Notes: generated by a model not told the origin, from the letters alone. A DNA stretch of 37,450 nt from Octopus sinensis (GCF_006345805.1 NW_021828044.1:1-37450), one strand, 5' to 3'; positions 1 through 11,849 are shown, counted from the first letter of the stretch. Translations and numbers: made by a program.

Positions 1-55
1 CCTCGAGTCTTGTGAGTGGAATTAGGCAGGCAGAGACTGAGCGAAACTCCATCGG
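1..55 (+). mobile_element. Degenerate fragment of the dominant SINE (end of 5' half)
   Basis: tgtgagtggaattaggcaggcagagactgagcgaaactccatcg resembles tgtgagaggatttggtagacggaaactgaaagaagcccgtcg at about 24264-24306. Confidence 0.4.
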
Positions 56-187
56 ATCGAATTGTACACCGGAAGATCAAGGTGGAGCCTTGTAACACAA
101 GCGGTGATGCTGACTCTGCCCCTAAGGTTTACCTCAAAGAAGGTACACGTGTATACATACGTGCGTGTATGTGTGTATATATATATA

Positions 188-582
188 CTAGCAGTATCGC
201 CCGGCGTTGCTCGGGTTTGTAAGGGAAATAATTATATAAGCATTTTTAGAGATGTAAAGTATAATAGCCATCTCAATATGGCTAACCACAAAGTGGGAGG
301 GGTGTTACTGTAGCTTTTTACGTTCTGAGATTTAATAATAAATTTTAGAGAGTTACTTCCCTTATATATGTCAAAAATGGATTAAAAATGGGAAAAATTG
401 ATGGTAAATTTTTTTTTAAATCGTAGACTCATCGTAGACGCGCGCTAATACCCAGACGGTCTCGATATGAATCACGACTATAAGATACCCGGTTTTGGTT
501 AAACTGCACCGCAAAATGTGGGAGTAGTTAGGAATCTAAATCGTAGGAGACAGACACACAACCTCACTTTTATATATAAAGA
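188..582 (-). mobile_element. Non-autonomous Helitron
   Basis: On the minus strand it starts A|TC (582-581) and ends with a GC hairpin (cccgagcaacgccggg) about 8 nt before CTAG|T (191-188). A second copy lies at 3152-3546. Confidence 0.8.
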
Positions 583-742
583 TTTCCTCTATTTACATAA
601 TATTGAGGTCTCTTTCTTTCTTTTGTTATCTTACTGTTTTTACCAATATACATATATATATATATAAATATATATATAGTTACAGAGATGTACTTGCATA
701 GCAAGTGACTTGATCTGAGATCCTGTGCTGGAACGAAAACAG

Positions 743-1001
743 TTGCAGCGTTGAAGGTGTTTATAAGCCATTTAAGAAACACACAAAAACCGTTAGATTC
801 ACTTCAACATTTAAATTTAATTTGTCAAAATATTTTCGTCGCTTTGAGACCGCGACCTGTTAGCACGATATTTTTGTCAGTGAACAGGTCGCGGTCTCAA
901 AGCGACGAAAATATTTTGGAAAATTAAATTTAAATGTTGAAGTGAATGTAACGGTTTTTGTGTGTTTCTTAAATGGCTTAGAAACACCTTCCAGGCTGCA
1001 A
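743..1001. repeat. Long inverted repeat: 119-bp arms, 21-nt spacer
   Basis: 743-861 is the reverse complement of 883-1001 with 6 mismatches. Confidence 0.9.
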
Positions 1002-1080
1002 TATATATATACACACACATATATATATATGTATGTATGTATGTATGTGTGTATATGTGTATGCATGTATGTGTGTGTGT

Positions 1081-1305
1081 GTGTGCGTGTCTGTGCTTGT
1101 GATTGTACTCCACCACTGCTTGACAACGAATGTTGGTTTGTTTACATCCCTGTCACCTAGTGGTTTGACAAAGGAAACAGATAGAATAAGTACAATGCTT
1201 ACAAAAATAAAACTGGAGTTGATTCATTAAACTACAATTCTTCAAGGCATTGCCCCAGCATGGCCACAGACCAATGGCTGGAAAAAGCAGAAGAATAAAA
1301 GAATA
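1081..1305 (+). mobile_element. SINE 3' half
   Basis: gatagaataagtac...ccccagcatggccacag...gaataaaagaata is homologous to 24350-24544 and follows a TA/TATG/TG tract. Confidence 0.75.
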
Positions 1306-1371
1306 CATTCTCTGCTTTGGTCTTATGTTCAAGGCATGAGAAAGCTTGAGTTTACATGAGAAGGCCTAACA

Positions 1372-1847
1372 GACCTGGTAGAAACAGCAGCCAAATCTCC
1401 CTCAAATCACACCTTACTGTCTTATGTATGTATATATATATGAGCCAATGAGGGGGACCTCTACATGGTAGCTAGACCTGGTAGAAATAGCAGCCAAATT
1501 TCCCCCAAATCACACTTACTGTCTTATCTATGTATATATGTATGTATGAGCCTATGAGGGAGACCCCTACATGGCAGCTAGACCTGGTAGAAATAGCAGC
1601 CAAATTTCCCCCAAATCACACCTTACTGTCTTATCTATGTATATATGTATGTATGAGCCTATGAGGGAGACCCCTACATGGCAGCTAGACCTGGTAGAAA
1701 TAGCAGCCAATTTCCCCCAAATCACCCTTACTGTCTTATCTATGTATATATGTATGTATGAGCCTATGAGGGAGACCCCTACATGGCAGCTAGACATGGT
1801 AGAAATAGCAGCCAAATCTCCCTCAAATCACACCTTACTGTCTTATC
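1372..1847 (+). repeat. Minisatellite, about 4.5 units of 103-107 bp
   Basis: gac(c/a)tggtagaaa recurs at 1372, 1475, 1581, 1688 and 1793 with near-identical units. Confidence 0.95.
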
Positions 1848-1899
1848 TTTCTGCTACTTGGATATAGGTGTTATATTCGTCGTAAAAAACTTTCCTATC

Positions 1900-1992
1900 A
1901 CACACTCACGCACACACACACACACACACACACACGCACCCTCACACACACACACGCGCACACCCACACACACACACTCACACACACGCACG
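1900..1992. repeat. Imperfect (CA)n microsatellite
   Basis: Directly visible. Confidence 0.9.
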
Positions 1993-2086
1993 TTAGCTTA
2001 CAATTTTATTTATATATTTGCGTGTCTATTTGTTGAAAGAGGAAGTGGGAGGCAGAGTGAAAGAATCACTCACTACAGTAAGTCAA

Positions 2087-2644
2087 TTACTTTCATTTTA
2101 TTCGTTGCCCACTGTGTGTGTGCGTTTGCGTGTGCTGTAAACCAGACTAAGAAAAGCATTTGACACACACACCAGAATGTGAGTTTTCTGTAAATTTTGC
2201 TTAATTGGAGTTTAAATTTTAAAAACTGGACCTGGCATGACGCGATGCATTGTACTCTTAAAAATGCAAGGTAAATTGTAATTGAAGAAATCCTATATTG
2301 TAGATTTGTATAACTCCCAAAGGGAGGCAGATAAAATCTGCCTTTTATAATAAGAGATATATGTATATATATATCTCTTATTATAAAAGGCAGATTTTAT
2401 CTGCCTCCCTTTGGGAGTTATACAAATCTACAATATAGGATTTCTTCAATTACAATTTACCTAGCAGTTTTAAGAGTACAATGCATCGCGTCATGCCAGG
2501 TCCAGTTTTTAAAATTTAAACTCCAATTAAGCAAAATTTACAGAAAACTCACATTCTGGTGTGTGTGTCAAATGCTTTTCTTAGTCTGGTTTACACCACA
2601 CGCAAACGCACACACACAGTGGGCAACGAATAAAATGAAAGTAA
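2087..2644. repeat. 558-bp near-perfect palindrome made of two head-to-head Helitron-like 5' ends
   Basis: Arms of about 270 bp with 3 mismatches. Each arm begins A|TCTCTTATTATAAAAG either side of a 16-nt TA-rich centre (2358-2373). Confidence 0.9.
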
Positions 2645-3151
2645 ATGTAATATTTGTTTCTGTCTATCACGCTGATAGATACATGAGTAAAATGTATGGG
2701 AAGCTAACAGATAACAGTGAGTGAAAATGTTCTTGGAAGAGAGTAAATTAGCGACAGTGATTTGAGGAAGACTAAACTGAAACTATGAAACAGTGTTTAT
2801 GTATAAACAGACGACACTTATATAAACCCTTTCGTTACCAAACCGCCCGAATTTACCTATTCATATTTAAATCAGAATATCAGAGTAAATCTCTTTAGTA
2901 CATTCGTGAAAACACGTATTGTACTTCGTAAACACTTCAAATACAGTTTTGTACAAAAATCGAAGTGTAATTTTAATTCCGTGAATTATGGGAGATTTTT
3001 TTCCGAAATTTGTTCCTATTGTGTTTTCAAAATTTGTAATTCTGACAAAAAATGGATACGAATTTCATTATATCAAGCAGCGAGTCAGAATTCGAAGGAT
3101 TTTCTACTGAAGACCTTCATAAATCTAACTCTATGACTGAAAAAAAAAGCA

Positions 3152-3546
3152 TCTTTATATAAGAGTGAAGTTGTGTGTCTGTCCCCTTCGATTTACATTC
3201 GTAATTACTCCCACATTTTGCGGTGCAGTTTAACCAAAAGCGGGTATCTTATAGTCATGATTCATATCGAGCCCTTCTGGGTATTAGCGCGCGTCTACGA
3301 TGAGTCTACGATTTAAAAAAAATTTACCATCATATTTTTCCATTTTAATGCATTTTTTTCGCTTTTATATAAGGGAAGTAACTCTCTAAAAATATCTACG
3401 ATGTGTCAACGATTTAAAAAAAATTTACCTTAATTTTTTTTCAATTTTTAATGCATTTTTTTTACTATTTTTTGGCTATAACTCTCTAAAAATGCTTATA
3501 TAGTTATTTCCCTTACAACCCGAGCAACGCCGGGCGATACTGCTAT
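3152..3546 (+). mobile_element. Non-autonomous Helitron, same family as 188-582
   Basis: A|TC 5' end, hairpin cccgagcaacgccggg, 3' end CTAT (variant of CTAG), and an internal duplication of about 100 bp. Confidence 0.8.

Positions 3547-3547
<1 letters not shown>

Positions 3548-3622
<75 letters not shown>
3548..3622. repeat. (TA)n microsatellite
   Basis: Directly visible; forms the left flank of LINE-A. Confidence 0.95.
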
Positions 3623-3630
<8 letters not shown>

Positions 3631-3964
3631 TTATAGTTGGATTAACTGTTGAAGTGGACGGACGTCTATTGTTTCTCTCCCAAGTCAGTAGCAAGCTACA
3701 CAGCTTCAAAACTAACTGACCTTAAATATAAAATATATATATTTGTAACCACGTGTTTGCCTACAAACCCGTAAGTACGTTTTCATTTAACTACAAATTG
3801 TTATATACACCTGTTTTTCTTTTAATATCCTCAAACAACCAAATAATCAAAAACTCACACCCTTAAGAGAGAACATTTATATATATATATACACTTCTTT
3901 AACTCCCAAGAAAGAATATATATATTTTCAAAAATCAAAAGGAAAACAAACAAAGAAAACAAAC

Positions 3965-5192
3965 ATGACTAACTTGCAGGCCTGCAACAGACGAAATTGG
4001 TCTGATAACGAAATTGATGTTTTAATAAACACATGGTTCTCTCTTTCCCAAACAGAAAATCTAAATGTTTTGTGTTTGAATGAGATTGCCGAAAAAACAT
4101 CACAAGTGGTCAACACACGATCCGTCAAACAGATTCATAGCAAACTGAAACATATCGAAGTATCTTTCAAACTGACAAAAGGCCATTACGAAAAGCTTCT
4201 TCATATTTTCACAGTTCAAGAACAGCAACAGCTAGAAAATCAGCAGCCACAACAACAACAACAACAGAATGAGCCACTCCTGGTTCCCAGCACAATGGCT
4301 GACCCTAACATCGGTCAAGTACAACAACAACAACAACAGCCACAGCAACAAGAACAATAACAGCCACTCCTCAACTCTAGCTTACTAGATGATTCACTAA
4401 ATGCCAGTATCTTTTCACCGCTCTCACGGCAACCACCACAATTATCATCATCATCATCACCACCACTGCCACCATCGTCTTCTATCACCAAAAATACCAA
4501 CAGAAAACCAAATAAGAAACCACTGCCCTCTTCCCCCACATCACCACCTCAATACTACTGCAGTAACAAAAACTTAAAGAAACATAGGAAGCAGAATGCG
4601 CCCCCCACGGCACAAACAAGAAATCCCCAAATATGCCGCTATTCACTGCGCCAGAGATTCTGCACAAATAGTGACTGCATCTTCACGCATCTACCCGGCA
4701 CTAGACGCACTACCGCCAAGGCCAAAGCACGCATCCCACAATAACATCAACACCACCAAATAGTAAATCGAAATTCAAAACACACACAACTCGGAGTCCC
4801 AAAATCTGCCGGTATTCCCAACGTGAGAGAACATGTCTGCTGAGTGACTGTCCCTTCACTCATCTTCCAGGGACCCGACGCACAAACAGAAACGGGGCTT
4901 CAAGCCAACACACAAACCTGAATAAAAATAAAAATAGAAACACACCATGCTGCAGTAATGCTGGTCCAGTCTTTTCAGGAAGACACAAAAACAACAACAA
5001 CAAAAGTGGAAACTACAACCCTATCCAACAGTGCAACCACACCTCCAGCCAAAACTGCTCCCTAAGCAGGAAAATTCTTTTTTAGCCATGTTGAACATGG
5101 CAAAAGAGATACACAAAAACATTCTAACCATCACTCAACACCATCCTATGCTATTACCCCAGTGCACCAATTCCCCACATTGCTGCCACTAA
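3965..5192 (+). pseudogene. LINE-A ORF1, disrupted: Myb/SANT-like N-terminus, poly-Q/S/P linker, two CCCH zinc fingers
   Basis: NWSDNEIDVLINTW...EIAEK...RSVKQIHSKLKHI at the N-terminus. In-frame TAA at 4358-4360. CRYSLRQRFCTNSDCIFTH at 4634-4690 and, after a frameshift, CRYSQRERTCLLSDCPFTH at 4807-4863. A further shift leads to QENSFLAMLNM. Confidence 0.75.
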
Positions 5193-8100
5193 CACACACA
5201 AAAAATCCAAGCCCCCTGCAACAGTCAAAACCAGCCACTACACTAACCTCCACATTCCTACTCAATGCACAAGGTGTCAGCCCTTCCATCAATGCACAAA
5301 AATGGAAGGTCCAATTCATTGAAGACTGGGTTGGTAACCATTCACACCACATCCCTTTCTTCATTCTCACTGAGACCCACCTTGACAACTCCCACTTGGA
5401 AGCCGAAGTGAGAGTGAAGAATTTCACAACCATCCGCGCGGATCGTATCGGCAGGAGGAAGGGTGGAACTGCCATTTTCCTGCATGATTCATTTACGGCA
5501 GATGGAAATAGTATATTCTCCAACGGCTACTGTGAATCAGTCACCGTGCACAACAAAGCCAATGACCTGACAGTAATTGGGCTCTATAGGCCGCCCCAAA
5601 CACCCATACTGTGCTTTAAAGAATGCCTCAACAGCATTAAGTGCTTTATTCAACAGTGCCATTCTAGCAACATACTCATGATGGGAGACTTCAATCTACC
5701 CTGTGTTGACTGGACTACAAACTGTTTGAAACCAAGCACTCCCGCCTCAACCGCTGACAAAGAAGCAGCAGAGTCACTTTTCGACTTTACGAATGAGTTT
5801 TTCTTGTCCCAACTTGTCCTTGCACCAACAAGACATCAGAACATTTTGGACCTAGTGTTTAGTAACCACACTAACACTATACATAACGTTACAGTGGAAA
5901 AAACCCTTCTTTCAGACCATGACATGGTTCTCTGTAACATGAAATTCCACCAGCCGAAAGCTAATCCTAGTGACCTTCCTCCAGCCCACCCATTTGACAA
6001 CATGGATCTCCATAATGCCAACTGGGATGCAATCAGGAACGAGCTATCACATGTTGACTGGTCCTTTACACATACACACATCTCCACCAACCATAAAACA
6101 TCTTGGCAGATCTTTGTAGACACCGTCACAGACATATGTGCAAAACACTCCCCACCAAGACCTGTGAACAAAAAGTGCAGAATCCCCCAAAACAGAAAAA
6201 CCATTATCAGAAAAATAAAAAGAACAAACAAAAAAATTAACAAACTAAAGTACTGCCAACAGCAACACACACATTCGACGGCTATCGCACTGCTTGAATC
6301 CAAAATATATAACCTCCAACAATGCTTGAAGACCCTCATCAATAACCAAAGATCAGCTGAGGAGAAGTAGGCCATTGAAAAAATCAAACTCAACCCCAAA
6401 GTGTTCTTTTCATTTGCGAGGAAACGCAGGGTCACTGTCTCCACTGTTGGCCCTCTAATTGACGAAACTGGCACTCTCCAAGATAATGCCAAATCCATGG
6501 CCGAGATACTGCAGAAACAATACTGCTCTGTTTTCAGCAATCCGGATATGGCCGATCTGGGCTGTATCAGTGATGTCAACCCCCAACACACTATATCGGA
6601 CATAACGTTTAGTGCCCCTGATGTCTTAGCGGCGATAAACGAAATAAAACACAATTCAGCAGTAGGCCCCGATAGGTTCCCTGCTTGTGTCCTGAAGGTG
6701 TGTCGACACCAACTTGCATCTCCCCTTGCTAATCTGTGGAGAAACTCACTGGATGCTGGCTATATTCCAAAAAACCTTCTGTCCCAGTCTGTTGTCCCAG
6801 TTTTCAAAAAGGGAAACAAGTCCCTTGCAGTGAATTACCGTCCGATCTCACTCACCTCTCATATCATCAAGGTATTTGAGAGGGTGGTGAGATCTCGAAT
6901 AATCCAATTTCTGGAAAGCAACAGACGGCTGATCTCCAACCAACATGGGTTCCGTAATGGAAGGGACTGCCTAACGCAGCTCCTGCATCACTTTGAGGAC
7001 ATTTTGAGAGCTTTGGGAGAGGGTTCCAACACCGATGTCATCTACCTTGATTTCAGTAAGGCCTTCGACAGGGTCGATCACAAGATCCTATTGAAAAAAC
7101 TATCCAACATTGGTGTCTCTGGAAAGTTACTGAAATGGATTAAGTGTTTCCTGACAGACAGATCTCAACATGTTGTAGTTGAAGGGGTAAAATCAAGCCC
7201 AGCCAAAGTCAGTAGTGGCGTTCCGCAAGGCACTGTGCTGGGCCCACTTCTTTTCATCATTTACATTAATGACATTAATGACATCATCAAGCACAGCAAC
7301 ATAAAAATCTTTGCAGATGACTCCAAGCTACAGAAGGTCATAAATGAGGCGAGTGACCGGACATGCCTTCAGTCAGATCTACTGGCTGTTATCCAATGGG
7401 CAGAAAAAAACAATATGCTGCTGAACGAGGATAAATTTGAGCTAATCCACTTTGGAAAAGAGGATGCCCTGAAACTCCCATACTCCCTTCCTTCAGGTGA
7501 AACTCTCGCGGCGTCCAACAACATCAGAGACCTGGGAGTAATTGTGGACAACAACATAAGCTGGGCCACTCATATAAACACCAAAGTTGACATGGCCCGC
7601 AGAATGTGTTCCTGGATTCTCAGAACTTTCCAGTCGAGAGATATCCACACCATTATCCTTCTCTTCTCCACTTTTGCCCGACCCCACCTTGAATACTGTT
7701 GTCCACTGTGGTCTCCCCACACAATACAAGGTATCATAAAAGTTGAAGCACCTCAAAGGGAAATCACAAAAAAGATAGATGGCATGACAGGCCTCGACTA
7801 TGGGGTCGACTAGAAAAGCTAAAACTCTATTCTCTCCAACGTCGTCGTGAGCGCTACATCATCTGCATGATGTGGAAAATATTCCATCAGCATTGCCCAA
7901 ATGATGTTGGCATCACCTTTAAGGTACATCCAAGGCTTGGGCCCCGTGCCATCCGCCCAAAACAAAAATCGCACTCTCATCTCATAACAACAATACAGCA
8001 CAATTATTTCACCTCAATTGGCCCCGCTCTCTTTAACATTACACCAAAACACATTAAAACAGAAACTGACCCTATAGGGTTCAAGAAGTCTTTGGACAGA

Positions 8101-8196
8101 TTCCTTCAAGAAATCCCGGATAAACCCCCTACACCCGGATATGTCTCTGTAAACAATAACTCTCTACTTGTGTGGGCCATAGTGCCCAAATTCTGA
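5162..8196 (+). pseudogene. LINE-A ORF2: AP endonuclease plus reverse transcriptase, disrupted
   Basis: Endonuclease motifs LTETH, LYRPP, GDFN and SDH. RT motifs NYRPISLTS, QHGFR, YLDFSKAFD, GVPQGTVLGP and FADD. In-frame TAG at 6368-6370 and a 1-bp deletion near 7801 (YWGRLEKLKLYSLQRRRERY is restored in the shifted frame). Confidence 0.95.
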
Positions 8197-8285
8197 CTTG
8201 AAAGACTTCACCAGGTGGTGCTATTAAGTTAGACAGGGCCTGGGCCAATAATGGCCGAAACCTATCAAAGTATCAAAGTATCAAA

Positions 8286-8321
<36 letters not shown>

Positions 8322-8349
8322 ATATAATATGATATAATATAATATACAC

Positions 8350-8601
8350 CTAGCTGGCATTCAATTGGCATATCAATTTTCTGGCATTTTGATTGGGTTT
8401 TGGATAGAAAATTCACAAAAAGTCACTTCTATTGATTTTTTAATGGCTTTGCAGGGTGATTGGGGAAATGTAAAGGTGTGCACGACCACCCTTGGACGGT
8501 TTTGAATGACCATAGAAAGTGCGAGCCCTCTAAATGAAAAATTGTGGATTTGCATAAAGGACACACACACAGACAGACATTTTGCCATTTATACATATAA
8601 T
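8350..8601 (-). mobile_element. Possible decayed Helitron-like non-autonomous element
   Basis: CTAG at 8350-8353 and an opposite end (acacacagacagacattttgccatttatacatata) similar in layout to 551-583; no clear hairpin. Confidence 0.35.
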
Positions 8602-8630
8602 CACATTATATATATAATATATATATAATA

Positions 8631-8945
8631 GTGAAGGCGCATGGCTCAGTGGCTTGAGCGTCGAGCTTACGATCGTGCGGTTGTGAGCTCGAATCCCGGA
8701 CCGGGCTGTGTGTTGTGTTCTTGAGCAAGACACTTTATTTCACGTTGCTCCAGTTCAGTCAGCTGTAGAAATGAGTTGCGACGTTACAGGTGCCAAGCTG
8801 CATCAGCCTTTGCTTTGGATAACATCAGTGGTGTGGAGAGGGGAGGCCGGTATGCATGGGTGACTGCTGGTCTTCTATAAAACAACATTGTCAAGACTTG
8901 TGCTTCGGGGGGTAACTTTCTACGTGCAATCTCATGACTGAAGGG
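8631..8945 (+). mobile_element. tRNA-derived SINE, second family
   Basis: A box tggctcagtgg at 8642-8652 and B-box-like gagctcgaatccc at 8685-8697, followed by a non-tRNA body. Confidence 0.75.
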
Positions 8946-8964
8946 AAGTCTCCTATATATATAA

Positions 8965-9353
<389 letters not shown>

Positions 9354-9726
9354 TGTGAACTTTTATGCTTCTTTTTTCTTCTCTCTCTTCATCTCCTTAT
9401 TTCTTTACTCCTGTCCTCTATGTCGTCATTTCATTAATCTATACGCTCCTCATTTTCCCTATTCGTCTCTCTGATGACGGAATATCCCATACTCTGTTAG
9501 ACTCTGAATTTTTCCACTAATAATATCATACATGACTTGAGATGCTTGCCTTGCCTTAACGTTTGTTGTCCTCTTTAACATTATATATCCGCTGCATCGG
9601 AAATCTGCAATAGCGCCATAACTATCGTCTCGGCCTACAACCTTGGAGCCCTAGTAATCTGTTACGGCACTTACCTAGCGTACCTAATCGTTTAGATACC
9701 TGTGAACTAAACCCCCATACTTTGTT

Positions 9727-9790
9727 AGATAGATAGACAGACAGACAGACAAACAGACAGAAAGAAGGACAGACAGACAGACAGACAGAC

Positions 9791-9861
<71 letters not shown>

Positions 9862-9867
9862 AAGAAG

Positions 9868-9937
<70 letters not shown>

Positions 9938-9966
9938 CAGACAGATATATAGATAGATAGACAGGC

Positions 9967-10009
<43 letters not shown>

Positions 10010-10034
10010 AAGAAGGACAGACAGACAGACAGAC

Positions 10035-10109
<75 letters not shown>

Positions 10110-10118
10110 AAGAAAGAA

Positions 10119-10217
<99 letters not shown>

Positions 10218-10257
10218 AAGAAAGACAGACAGACAGACAGATAGATAGATAGATGGA

Positions 10258-10302
<45 letters not shown>

Positions 10303-10346
10303 GGACGGACGGACAGATAGACAGACGGACGGACGGACGGACGGAT

Positions 10347-10421
<75 letters not shown>

Positions 10422-10440
10422 TAGATAGATAGATAGATAT
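9727..10440. repeat. Compound (GATA)/(GACA)/(GGAC) satellite with higher-order structure
   Basis: Alternating blocks with recurring gaaagaa(g) landmarks. Confidence 0.95.
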
Positions 10441-11606
10441 GTTTCTTTATTAGCCACACAGGGCTGCACACAGATAGAACAAATTACAAGGTAGAACTTT
10501 TCTTTTGAAGGTTTAAAAAAGAAGAAAAAAAAGAAAAAAAAGGAAGGGGGAGTTTCGATCAAAAGGGATCGTAAAAGGAGAGAAAGAGGACAAAAAAAGG
10601 GGGGTTAAAAAAAAGGGGGAAAGGAAAAAAAATTGATCAATAGGGATCGTTATCACAGAATATGTCAATATGAAGTGTAAAGGGGAGGACAGGTGAGGTT
10701 TACCCGTGGAAAGAAAAGCCTACGGAAAAGACCACGGTAACCTCGGTCAATGGAGTCACATGTTATATTTCTTTTTTTTTTGCGAATAAGCAACTCTCTG
10801 TTTTCAATTTCTGGGTTCATAGGATCATGCTCAAGGTGGCTTCGTCATTCATACGTGCCATTCTTGCTACATTCACCCATCTTTTTTTAAACCATTCGCT
10901 AGACAAAACTTGCCTCTCTACTCTCACTTTCCTTTTCAAGTGGTACTTGAAGAAGTTGATGAGAGATTGACCAGAGAGGAAAGTGTTTGTCTCCGATCCT
11001 TTCAGACGCGTCCACCAGATACATTCTTTCGCCATAGCCACAAGGATGATGAAAATAGCTCTTCCTTCCCGTTTGAAGGAGGGAGGCGTGACAATATTGA
11101 CGATAGACTCAGCTGATAAACCGACTCGTCCCACACGTGACAGCAGTTGTTCGACATAAGCCCACAGGTCGGAAATTGTTGGACACTGCACGAGTGCGTG
11201 CAGAACGGTTTCGTCGCTCTGACCGCATCTCGGGCAGGTCGGCCCCGTGTTTCTCGAGCCGTGTCTGTAGAGCTTATCCCGAACGGGTAGCGCTTCTCGG
11301 TAGCACTGCCAGGCCAGGGATCTCTGGAAGTTGTCCATGGGCCCTGGCCCGAAAGTCGTCCTGAACAGGCGGGTCAGGTACTCCTCGTCGACGTCCAGGT
11401 TCGCCCCGAGCTCGTCGTCGTACCCCCCTTCCACTAAACCCCTATAGAATGCTTTGGTTGTGTTGAAGTCACTCAAGGTCGACCCAGGACGGCAGAGTTG
11501 CTTGAGAGCAACGCGACACTCGCGGTGCCATTCGCCCTTCTTCGGCCTTTTTTTGATCCACGACTGCAGTTCGGTCATGGAGACGAGCTGCGGGAAAGCG
11601 TGCCTC
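10441..11606 (-). mobile_element. 5'-truncated L1/Tx1-clade non-LTR retrotransposon inserted in a GATA satellite
   Basis: GC-rich ORF2 C-terminus, pyrimidine-rich 3' UTR, AATAAA (plus-strand tttatt at 10446-10451), then (TATC)n. Confidence 0.85.
10817..11606 (-). pseudogene. Tx1/L1 ORF2 C-terminal fragment with zf-RVT-type cysteine-rich domain, reading frame open
   Basis: [15 protein letters not shown]...[19 protein letters not shown]...LW. The upstream part of the tracked ORF (11607-11872) is only satellite. Confidence 0.85.
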
Positions 11607-11641
<35 letters not shown>

Positions 11642-11698
11642 CAGACAGACGGACGAACGGACGGATAGACGGACAGATAGACAGACGGACGGACGGAT

Positions 11699-11741
<43 letters not shown>

Positions 11742-11774
11742 TAGATAGATAGATAGATAGATAGAGAGATAGAT

Positions 11775-11849
<75 letters not shown>

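Larger units (their letters stand above)
3626..8286 (+). mobile_element. LINE-A: near-full-length decayed CR1-group (CR1/L2/Crack/Daphne-like) non-LTR retrotransposon inserted in (TA)n
   Basis: 5' UTR, ORF1, APE-RT ORF2, short 3' UTR and (TATCAAAG)3 tail at 8263-8286, with (TA)n on both sides. The exact clade and 5' boundary are uncertain. Confidence 0.9.

Noticed and set aside
1372-1847. CRISPR-like regular repeat array
   Set aside because: Whole units repeat with no unique spacers, there are no cas genes, and the context is eukaryotic. The same applies to 26230-27137.
2827-3130. piggyBac-like terminus ccctttcgttacc
   Set aside because: No matching opposite TIR and no clean TTAA site in the window
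6368-6370. In-frame TAG in LINE-A ORF2 as programmed readthrough
   Set aside because: The copy has other independent lesions (stop at 4358, frameshifts in ORF1 and near 7801), so ordinary decay is the simpler explanation
5836-6654. Antisense ORFs within the LINEs (also 27361-27792 and 30043-30414)
   Set aside because: Shadow frames of the sense ORFs with no recognisable motifs
8631-8705. tRNA gene
   Set aside because: A and B boxes are present but no complete cloverleaf could be built, and it runs into a repeat body; it is a SINE head, as are the other tRNA-like segments
9465-9505. CTGATGA core followed by cgg-aatat-ccc; also CTGAGGA-gag...ctc at about 34208 and 35741
   Set aside because: No GAAA follows stem II; too degenerate to call
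9675-9699. Possible 25-nt minus-strand micro-exon (ttcacag acceptor, gtaagtg donor)
   Set aside because: Good splice consensus can arise by chance, and there are no neighbouring exons or homology; spliced reads would be needed
9684-10562. Long ORFs (292 and 248 aa) of LSIY/LSVC repeats, and many IYIY/HTHT/poly-L or poly-N ORFs elsewhere
   Set aside because: These are stop-free translations of microsatellites with no coding signal
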